Shown: positions 1-11,332 of the stretch, piece after piece
Layout of the letters: each line of letters starts with the position of its first letter
Numbering within the stretch: position 1 is the stretch's first letter
Assembly: GCA_051294375.1 (NCBI GenBank)
Contig: CM119266.1
Span: 8,811,621 to 8,875,620, forward strand
DNA from: Paraspadella gotoi
Taxonomy: Eukaryota > Animalia > Chaetognatha
Direction: 5' to 3'
Length of the DNA stretch: 64,000 nt
The notes under the pieces: model-generated
Databases searched by the model: none
What the model saw: the letters and a program-made list of their open reading frames with translations, nothing else
Told to the model about the DNA's origin: nothing
Translations under genes and position numbers: made by a program

Positions 1-1281
1 AGATTCCAAAGTACAGATTAATAAGTTAATCATTGAATTGTGAATGTGTGGATTATGATGAGCGAAAACGACAAACAATAACAAAAAAACAGTGAATATG
101 ACGAAAAAAGTTGAAGAAACACGACGACGAAGAGGAAGAACAAAACCGAAACGAAAAAGACAAAGAAGACGAAAACGACGATTGAAAGGAAGACCAAACC
201 GACGACGAAAAAAGAAGGACGGAAAACGACGGGCGAAGACGACGAAAAAGATGAAGCCGGAAAACGACGAAGCGAAAACGACGGTTGAAGATGACGGCAA
301 AGGACGAACTCATAAACACTGTCAAATGAATTTTTTATTATAAAATTTTTTGACATAGTTCGTAATAAACTTTTCTTTTTCGTTGTTTATGTGTATTAAG
401 AGGCAATTTGGTTCCTCACCACTTGACCACTATTCTTTCTTAAATCTGTTGTGGAACTTTGCCCTAGCACTCTTCTTTCTCTGTAAGAGAAAGGCCCGAC
501 AGACCGACCAAATGAATTGACGGAACAAAGGACGAGCAGACCGAGTTTCGTTATGACCAGTTGACCGGACTGATATTGACCGTACGACTCATTCGCAAGT
601 CATTTCTCTCCTCTTTTCTCTCTCTCTTACCAGTTTTCTCCCGCCCTTTCTCTCTAATACTTTACCTTGGGACAAACCAGACAGACCCCGAGTTTAGTTC
701 AACTTTGATCACGAATTTGCTTACGATTTTCTTTTGGACACAACTAATTTCTCAACGTTATTTTCTACGGATTTTTCCTATTTCTTGTGTTGGTTTTGGC
801 AGTGGTTTTTGTGATTTGTGTTTCTTGATTTAGTCGTGAAATTTTCCTGCTTGATTTACGTGACTTACTCGATTATTTCCATTTAAATTTATATTTCGTC
901 TCATTATTTGGTCCATTTCGAGTTTATCTCTTCGTGATATTTTCGACGTTCGAGATCTCGTCAGATTACGTTTACGTCTCTCTCGCGACGAGCCACGCCT
1001 ACCTCGCGACCCGGGAGAGCCAGTCTCTCTACACTCTCTCTCTCTTCTCATCTCTCTCCTTCTTTCACACGAAAAAACGTCAACCATTCAAAATTATTGA
1101 CGCTAATGAAGGCTTGCATTCAAAGCCGAAACGTTTCAGATGTTTCTTGAAATAAAAAATTTGTAAACTGAAACCAAATTTGCCTATAAATTATTATAAC
1201 GAGTGAGATAGAGATGAGAGAGAAAGAAAACAAAATAAATAAAATCAACATGCCATTTCAATTTTATTATCAAGTTTTGAA

Positions 1282-1400
1282 TTACCCTGCAAGAATTTGC
1301 TGGTCGACTTTTAGGAACTCAAATGATTCCAACAAAGACGAAGACGACGACGAACTCTTTGTACTCTGTACCTTAGTGCCGTAGTACTGTAGTAGTTTTT
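1282..1400 (-). CDS. Dab-like gene, probable last exon (EKLLQYYGTKVQSTKSSSSSSSLLESFEFLKVDQQILAG*)
   Basis: Acceptor tttcaaacAG, phase 1 fits, open to TAA at 1284-1282, with AATAAA on the minus strand about 15 nt later. An alternative donor overlaps the stop. Confidence 0.55.
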
Positions 1401-3866
1401 CTGTTTGAAAAAATTGGTTAAGAATTAAAGTGTATTCATCACTGTTTACTAACTTACAATAGCATTTCAGTGTTCAAAAACGGCATATTATAGTTGAAAT
1501 TGTGTCCGGATGTTGAGCACACTTTCCGTCTGGGCCACTTCGTAAGCTGACTATTTTTTTTCTCAAAAACAAAAATTTTTAAAAAAATCAGGAATAGATA
1601 AAAATTTAAGGTATGAACAAATTTAATTCAGTTTCTTTAAATAAGTCAAATCATTAATTGGATCAAAGTATAACCTCCAACATTAGTACAAGTATAAGAA
1701 GAAGGGAAGCGCTCTTTATCTCTCCTAAAATTCAATCTGTTTGTGAACAAGAGTCAAAGGAAACGGAAAGATATTTCAGGGGTCATGACAAATGTTTACC
1801 AAATGAAATAACATCCTTGTTCGATTTTAAGAGGGATTTGGTTTGTTTTCGTACTTTCCTGTGCGTATCTGAAAAATATAATACCACTATTAAAATTCCT
1901 TTATTAAAGGAGGCCCAGACGCAAGAATTCAGCTTTTTGCATTAAAAATAAAAATTCGAAATTCATGGAAAAATGACTTCCCAAGTGAAAGTAAGAGAAT
2001 GGAGGGTATCAGTATTTAGGAGATCAATTAAAACATTTTCCAATAAATATCTTGTCCTTGTTCGATTGCAACAAGGAGATGGACTTTTTTCTCCACTTTC
2101 CCGCGCGAAGAAAAATTAATGACTACTACCATTCAAATTCCTTTAATGATTAGCCCTTAAGCTTATGATATCATTTTTATCACTGGGTCCCCTTAAAAAA
2201 CCAAACAAAAGTTTTTCATATAAAATAAAATATCATAAAATAGTAAAATCAAGTCCTCTGTTAGTTAGTCATCTCCACTTTGAGAGAGTCTTGATTAAAA
2301 GCTCGTTATTTTCTTGTAAAAGTGACAGAAGCCTTAACCCACTACAGCCTGGCCTAAGTCAGGGTCAAGATAGCTTGTATATCGAATCAACGTTGGATGA
2401 ACCAATCAATAAATGAGTAATGACTCGGAAACGATTAAAGTGTTTATCCAAAAACTAAAAATAAGAAAATATTCGAATAATCAACAAACAAAAAAAAACG
2501 AATCCGACTCCCAGTCCTCCCTCCACATGTTCTACCTTCCGGCATTCCTATAACTGATCGATAGGAGGCGCTGCGTCCCTTCATCTCCTCTATCATGACT
2601 TCGTCTCCGATCGTCTTTTGTTTCTGCTTCATCAACTGCTGCACCTTGACCTCGAAGGAGAGGGCGATCAGCTCCTGCAGGGCGCTGACGAGGTTTTCCG
2701 AGGTGCGCTCCATGCTCTTCAGTCCGAGGAAGAGGTACTTGCCTTCCGTCTCGGCGATGTAGCCGCAACCGCGAGGCTCCTTGGATTGAAAAAAGCGGTT
2801 GCTTAAATGATTGATTGATTTGTTTATTCGATTTTTTAATATTTTGATTGGCTGATTAATTCATTGCTCGATTCATTAATTTATTTATTGATTATTTGAT
2901 TGATTTACTTATTAATTAATTAATGAAAACCATCAATCAATTATTCAGTCAATTTAGGAATAATCAATTCAAATAATCAATCAAGATATAAATTATTGAA
3001 TATTCACTCAATAAATCAATCAGTCAGTCAATCAATCAATCAATTGATTAATTAATTATTGACAAAATATCTCTGACCTTCACGTCGAACGCTATGAAGA
3101 CGAGTTGGTGAACTTTGTGAAAGTAGAGGAGCCGCCTCGACTTTTCCTCCATCACGCGAATTCCTTCCAACGCCACGTCGACGGTGATGCGCGTCTTGTG
3201 CTCCTTCGTCGACACCAACTCCGCCTTCAGTCGCTCCAACGCGTCTTCGCACATCTTCATCTTGTCGCCGACGTTGGAGCCGAGGTCTTCGGCTCCCACT
3301 AGCTGTTCGAGCGGCGTGAATAAAAAGAATTATATAAATCAGTATTTCCATATAAATTATAATATATGAGGTATAAGCAACGAATCAATTATCTATTATG
3401 GGTTTGAACTGGCTTTTTTAAAAGGAATTAAAACGGGTAAAAGTTGACAACAGGTAGTGCATTAAATTTTCAAACAAAACGTCAATTATTTCGTTTTTAT
3501 GATTATTATCATCGACATTACAATTATTAATACTATTATTACTACTATTCTTCTTACTCTACTTCTTCTTCTTCTTCTTTTACTTCTTCTTCCTCGTCAT
3601 TCTAGCAGTCAAGTCAGACTTGTATGAATTAAATTTTACCCCTATTTACCAAACAAAACAATTTACGAACCCTCCTTTTCATAACATCCAACCTTCGCTC
3701 GAAATTCGAGTCCGTAATTATATTTAGCGATGTCGTCGTCCAGAGTCGGTTTCTTTCGGTTTCTCGCTTTCGGAGTCGAACCCGATTTTTTGGGGATGTA
3801 GATCTCCACGCCGAAGGTTTCCACTTGCTGAGGAATGAAGGATTGATTCATTTGATTGAGTAGTTG

Positions 3867-3922
<56 letters not shown>

Positions 3923-4284
3923 TTAGGTTGATAGGTTTATTGATTGATTGTTAGATTGATAGATATACTTTTGTCAAATCAACAGTTTCTTTAATCTCAT
4001 TTGCATATTGCAGCGCGGGTAATTAGGGCTTGTATTCGTCATCTTTAATCTTTTTTTATTTTATATTTTATTATCACAAAAATCTTCTCTTCTCTTCTCT
4101 TCTCTTCTCTTCTCTTCTCTTCTCTTCTCTTCTCTTCTCTTCTTTTCTCCTCTCTTCTCCTCTCTCCTTACTCTTGATTCCCCAGAACTTTCCATCCCGC
4201 GTTGATTTGGAGGATCTGGCGTCGTCGCAGATGCCGATGCCGGGGCCGATGCAGTTGGGGCTTCATCTTCTGAATGAGAATCTA

Positions 4285-4331
<47 letters not shown>

Positions 4332-5646
4332 ATTTTCTGAGACGGAGTGACAGAAAGAATAAATTGAAACGAAAAACGGTAAAACAAAACAAAAACGAAT
4401 TAAAAACTTTGTTTTCTTTCTCTTCAAAAAAAAAAAAAAAGGATGAGACTCAACCCTAAGAGAAGAAAAAAAGGAGGAAGGAAAGTAAAAAAAAGAAAGA
4501 AAAAAAAAACCCTTTAAAAGCGCTGGAGGAGAAGAAAATGAAGAAAAGCAAATAGAGGGATGGAAAGAAGAAAGAAAGAAGAAAAAATTCCGCTAGGAGG
4601 AGAAAAGGAATTCTGACGTCGAAAACAAACAAAAGACGCCTGAAAAAACAATGAAGTTCTCCACGCGTAACAAAGACTCAAAAAAAAAAAAAGAAAACCG
4701 AAGGAAGGGGGAGAGACGTTTTTGTTTTCTTTTTGTTTTCTTTTTGTTTTTCGTCTTACTTCACTTCTTCGGATAATTTTTCGAGAGATTGTTTTTTTGT
4801 TGTTTTTTTTCCTTCTTCACAGTTTTAAACGTTAATTAAGACGTTACATTTAAATTATGTAGTATGCGATTTCTTGCGTTATGTTATGTTATGTTATGTT
4901 ATGTTTTTTTTCAATTTATTTTTGTTGCGTTTGGGTTTAGTTTTTTTAAGAATCAAGGTTATAAACTTTGTAAACAACATTTTTTAATCTTCCTGTGCTT
5001 TTTTTATGAAGTTTTTTAACTACATACAATTATTAAACTCCTTTATAATTTTTTTTTATTTTCCTTTTTTAAGTTTTTTTTAACTTCTTTTCTTTTCTTT
5101 TTCTTTTATCTTTCTTTTCTTTTTCCTCCATTTTGTTTTCTCTTTCAGTTTTCACCTTCTTCCTCCGGTGGCTTCGATAGATCTTCGTCCGAATCAGATT
5201 CTGAATTTTAAAATTCGATTATTAATTTTAAAATAAAAATGAAAATATTACTATTTATAAATATAACTATATAACTATTGAATTGTAGATAGCTTTAGCA
5301 GAAAGAAAATCTAAATTTAATTTAACCTATATCAATTTTATTTCAATTATTTCATTTTAATTCATTTAAATTTCGTTCTAAATTAAATTTAAATTTAGAA
5401 ACCAAATGATAAAATTTTTCACAAATCAACAACCTGACGAAGACGACGACGACGACGACGACGATGGCGGAACGCGACCTTTCACGTGAATGACTTTTCG
5501 GTCTTCGTCCTCGTTTGGTTTTTTTGTCGTCGTCGTCATCGTCGTCGTCGTCGTCGTTGTTGTTGTTGTTGCTGACGTCTGGTCTGGATTATCCACCAGA
5601 AGATTTGATGACAATTCCATCTGCTACAAATGCCGACACCAATGGT

Positions 5647-5687
<41 letters not shown>

Positions 5688-5893
5688 CTCTGTCTCTTTT
5701 TTTTTTTCTTCTCGTCGTCTTCTTTCTCTCACCTCTCTCTCTGTCTCTCCTTCCTCTCTCTCTCCTCTTTCTCTTCCTCTACTCTCTCTCTCTCTCTCCT
5801 CTACTCTCTCTTTCACTCTCTCTCCTCTCTCTCTCTCTTTTTCTCTCTCTTTCTCTCTCTCTCTCTCTCTTCTCCTCTCTCCTCTCGTCTCCT

Positions 5894-5928
<35 letters not shown>

Positions 5929-6033
5929 TCTCTCGTCTTCTTCTCCCTCCCTTCTCTCTCTCTTCTCACTCTCTCTCTCTCTCTCTTCTTCTTCTCTCTT
6001 CGTCTCTCTCTTTCTTCACTCTCTCGCCTACTC

Positions 6034-6064
<31 letters not shown>

Positions 6065-6257
6065 CTTCCTCTCTCTCTCTCTCACCTCTCTCTCTCTCTC
6101 TCTCTCTCTTTACTTCTCTACTCTTCTCTTCTCTTCTTTTTTTTTTTTTTCTCTCTCTTTCTCTCTCTCTCCCTCTCTCTCTCTTTCACTTCTCCCTCTC
6201 TCTCTCTGCTTTCACTCTCTCTCTCTCTCCCTCTCTCTCCTTTCACTCGCTCTCCTC

Positions 6258-6294
<37 letters not shown>

Positions 6295-6447
6295 CTCCTT
6301 CTCTCTCTCCTCTCCTCTCTCTCTCTCTCCCCCTCTCTTCTCTTCCTCTCCTCTCTCTTCTCTCTCTCTCTCTCTCTCTTTCCTCTCTCTCCTCTCTCTT
6401 CTCCTCTCTCTCTCTTCGTCTCTCTCTCTCTCATCTCTTTCCCTCTC

Positions 6448-6483
<36 letters not shown>

Positions 6484-6519
6484 CTCACTCTTCACTCTCT
6501 CCCTCTCTGTCTCCTCTCT

Positions 6520-6562
<43 letters not shown>

Positions 6563-7029
6563 CCTCTCTGTCTCACTTTTCTCTCCATGATGGCGGTGAT
6601 GAGTTCTCCGATTCCGTTGACGCAGGCTGTCGCCGGTTGCGCCGTCTTCACGGCGTAAAGAAAATGTTTTCTGAAACAAATGGGAAAAGAAATCAAACAA
6701 GGCTGCCATCTTCAAACATACTAAATACATAAAAAAAACAGATATTTAAAAAGAACTAAGATTTTATACGAATTCATTTTTTTTACCACATTTCTTTACG
6801 ACATTTAGATTTTTCTATGGATGTCATTTGTGTTTAATTATTTAGTTTTCAATATCAAAATGTCACCGTCCAAAATTGGTGATACCTCACAATATTATAA
6901 ACCCACGCGACACCGTCAACGTTTAACGTCTCACGCGACGAGTCAAAAAAAAACCGAGTGCGGGGAAATGAGGCGAAAAATCGAGAATGACTCTCTCTCT
7001 CGCTCCGATGCTTCTCTCTCTCTTCTTCT

Positions 7030-7093
<64 letters not shown>

Positions 7094-10000
7094 GTTCTTT
7101 TCGTTCGAATGCTCTTTTGTTTATTGTCTCTTCTCCCGTCTAACCTCTCTCTCTATTTTGTGCCATGGATTTTTTCCGACGAACGGACGCCATCTTTCTT
7201 TTCTCATCGATTTCATTTTTAAATCAAGCAAAAAAATAAACAATGGACGACGTTTCACTTCTTAAAAACCATTTGCGTCGGGGTTTAATGGACTTTAGTT
7301 CGATTAAATCCTTTTAATTAAATTTATTCTTAATTATCAAATATCTAATAAAGCCTGTTTAAGATTTTATCCTTATTCGTAATCTAAATTCCTACTATCT
7401 AGGAATAAAGTTTATCCACCTAATTGTTGAAAAGTTCATTTATTCAATAAAAAATATATAAAACATGCGTTAAAGCATTTTTCAATATTTAGTATACCCT
7501 CCCTCGGCATCAAACTACTGCCCGCATTTGTTTAGGCATGCACTCGTACAGCAAATTGAGGCATAACAGTGAAATGTTTTTCCAATCTTTAACGCAATTC
7601 TTTTAGCCTGATATTAGACTTGCGCGTCTTTCCTTCTTTTCTTATAGCCTATAATGGAACTTTTTTAAACAAAAAAAAGTGCAATGCTTTTAGATTAGCC
7701 AAAATTAAAATAAATTTTAAAAATAGTAATTCTATTTGAAATAAAAACACAAATAACTAAATACTAAAAATGGTTGAAAACTAAATATGTTTTTTTCGGC
7801 AATATATAGATTATTATTTGTAAACAGCCTATTTTCTATTTAAAGTAGCAATCTTTTTTGCCTTAACTTCTAAACGATTTGACCTACGAAAAAACAAAGG
7901 AAATTACTGAAAAAAATTAATGTAGATTCGAAAATATTTATAGATTTTTTTAAATAAACAAGTTTTTGAGTAGATTTCCTCTACTAAAAAATGTTGATAT
8001 TACTTTTCCTAGATAGTTAAAGATAAAAAACTTATATTTTCTATGTTAGGAACAAACAAATGAACAATTAAGAGAGAGAGAGAAGAAGATGAGAGACGAG
8101 AGAGAAGACGAGACGAGAGAGAGAGGAGAAGAGGAGAGACGAGGAGAAGATGAGAAGAGAGATGAGAGAGAGAGAGAGAGAGAGAGACGAGAGAGAGAGA
8201 GAAACAAAATAGCAACGATCCTCGCGACCAATTTGTTTTTTACCCTTTGCCGACAGAGGCGATCTGTAGCAAAAGACTCGTTCGTCTTCGGCGTGCGTGG
8301 ACAAACAAAAGCCACTGTCTCCATTCGATGAGGAATTCTGTCGTCTTTGTTCTTCTCGTCTAGAACTCTTTAGTTGAAGGGGAGGGTACAGGGAGGTGGA
8401 AGGGTTAGGGGTGGGGAGGCAGAGGGCGTTGGGCGGCGGCAGTTGAATTCAGATTAAATAAATCTAAATTAAAAAAAAATCCAAGATTTACACGATAAAT
8501 TATCTCTCGTATGTTATCCAAATATAGGTAATTAATCTATATGTCGTTTCAATTATGTTCTGTAATCTTTATTACGTTAAGGAATGATTAATTTATTCAT
8601 AAATTTAAAATTAGGTTTCCGCATGCCTTTTGTTTCTCATCCGATTTTCAGCGGCGCAACTGCGCCTGCGCGATTTTCCGCCAGAAAAAACTAATCCATT
8701 CCCGTTATTCTCGAGTTCGCGGGAAAAACTCGGGGCAAAGGCGACGTCACTCGCGGCGGAAATTTCTACTTTTCTCATTTCCCCTTCGTACCTTTTCTTC
8801 TCTTTTCGGCGTAGAGTCTTTTTTTCTGACTCCTTTACTCCTCTCTTGTCTTTTCTTGTCTCAATTTCTCCATCATTCCTATCTTCTTAACTCTTCTTTA
8901 CTTCACTTTTTTTTAGCATTCATCCTCCTCTTCCCATCTTTGATTTTCAATTATTAACTATCTCTTTTCTTCTCTCAATTCTCCTTTTCTTCTCTTTCTC
9001 TTTTTCTTTACTCACCTTTCCCTCTCTTTCTCACCTCCAATTTTCTTCATTTCTTTTTCTTTTCTTTCCTTCTCTTTCCTCACCTTCACTTTTCTTCATT
9101 TCTTTCTTTATTCTTTCCTTCTTTTCCCTAACCTCCAATTTTCTTTTATCTTTCTCTCTCCTTTCCTACTCTTTCCTCACCTTCACTTTTCTTCATTTCT
9201 TTCTTTCTCTTTTCCTCTTTGCTCTACTTTCACCTCGTTCCTCCCTCGGGATTCCACACCCGAGGCTGAGCTTATTATTATCCTTGATACTTTGCCTCGC
9301 CATTCCCCGACACACCTTATTCCTTATGGTATAAGTATTACAAGAGTAAGGCTAAAGAAATAATGATTTTTCTAAAACAATTTTTGATAGAGTTTTTTTC
9401 AAGTTTGACTGAAGTTCTAGTCTCAAGGTCTGAAGGAGAGACTGATTTTTTTACTCACGATTTTTTTTTAAATAAAAGAATAAAATTTAATAACAAAATA
9501 TCGACTTATTACATTTTATTATTTATAATTCGTTTTCTTTTTAACTTTAATAATTATCACTAATATTTGTTATTTTATTACAATCTTAATATTTTGAAAA
9601 CGTTAGTATTTTGTTTCCTTTTTTTTTGTCGCTAACTGACATCAGAAGATGTCTCTAACTATGGTCGGACAAACCGTAAGTAAAAACGATGTGAATGACG
9701 GAAAAAGGGGAATATATATTATCTATAGCACGACTAAAATCGTGGTGAAAAAAAAAGGGTAACAAAAGCTGAACGGGACGGTGAAGAGAGAAAAGAGAGA
9801 AAAGAGCGTGAATGAAAAACCTAAACCTGGAACTCGAGCCTGGATCTCCGGGCGGAGGGGGAAGAGGATGAAGAGAAATGATAGGAAACGGTGCATGCTG
9901 CGAAACCACTAGCGGTTCTTTCTGGATGTTATTCCGACCACTTCCTTACCCACCCAACCCACCTACCCACTTCCAACCCCCTTCTCCCTCCACCCTGTCC

Positions 10001-11263
10001 TCCTCCCCCAAAAAAAAAACCCATCAATCCGTGTTCGAAACGTGAGATTAATGACGATTCCTCTTCTTTGTGCTGCCTTTCGCTTGGATCCACTGACGCG
10101 TTGGCCGCCGACTCGTTTGAGCGAATTCAGCGTCTGTTGACAACATCTCGTCGCCATGGGTGAATGAAGCCACTTTCCGCGATACCGACCAGTTTGGCCT
10201 GGGAATGATTAAAAAGGGGGGGGTAAGTGAGGGGGTGGAAGGGAATGGGGGGGCAGGGGTGTAAAGGGAATGGGGCAGGGGTGAGGCAAAAGAGTCTGTG
10301 AGTTTTGTTTGTATTGTAGTTTCAGGATTATATTTAACTTCTGGTAAGATTTCCTGTTTTTATACTATGAATTCTATCCTTTTTTCGTTCGTTGCTTGAC
10401 TAGAAAAATTAGACTATTTTTTCCATGATTGCTTTTTTGAATATTTGTAATAACGAATTAAATGATAAAATTAATAAAAATATTATGATAGCAAGAGACA
10501 CAAAAACAATTAAAATTGAAAATGTTTAAATGTGTTAAGGATACTCTTGATGTAGAATAAAAATCGAATTGTAACGCCACCTATGGTTATTCAATTCTTT
10601 AATTTATAATTTTGACGTGAGTACTAAGTTAGGGTCAACATTCGACAAACCCGAGTCACACACAGGCCGGTGTCATGGTCATTATCCCACTGTGATAGAG
10701 CAGAACAAACTAGATTTGGAATGTAAAACATTTTTCTAAATGATAAAAAATTACGAAAAAAAAAATGAGAAAATGAGAAAAATATCAAAATTTTACTTGC
10801 TTTAAATCTTCCTTTTATTTTTCATTTCTTTATATTTAAAAATATTCCTACTTTTTTTTTTTCCTCCTTTTCAAAAATCCCCAGGTTCATAACCACATAA
10901 CAACACTTTATCAGTTTAAACTTTTGAGTTTTCTTGACTTTTTATAGACTTAAAGGAAAATGACGGAGAAGAAATGAATTTTTTTTTTTTTGCGCTAATG
11001 GAAGATTTGACATGGAACAAGGGACCCTTTCTCCGGGGTCTCTCTCTCTCTTTTCTCTCTCTCTCTCTCTCCCCTTCCCTCTCTCTCTCTCTCCCACTCA
11101 AATCTTGCTCTCCTTCCGTTGTTGCACGTTTTTTCAAGTTTCCATTTAATCCATTGTAATTTTCATATCAATTTATTTAGTAGAAAGCCTATAAAATGTT
11201 TTTTCAAACCATTTATTTTATGTCGTTTCATCAAATTGAAGAGAAAGAACACAAAACATTCAG

Positions 11264-11332
<69 letters not shown>

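Noticed and set aside
5490-6696. Long ORFs of 190-366 aa (SLSLSL / RERERE)
   Set aside because: Translations of (CT/GA)n microsatellite. Only the 6577-6670 and 5434-5623 portions are real exons.
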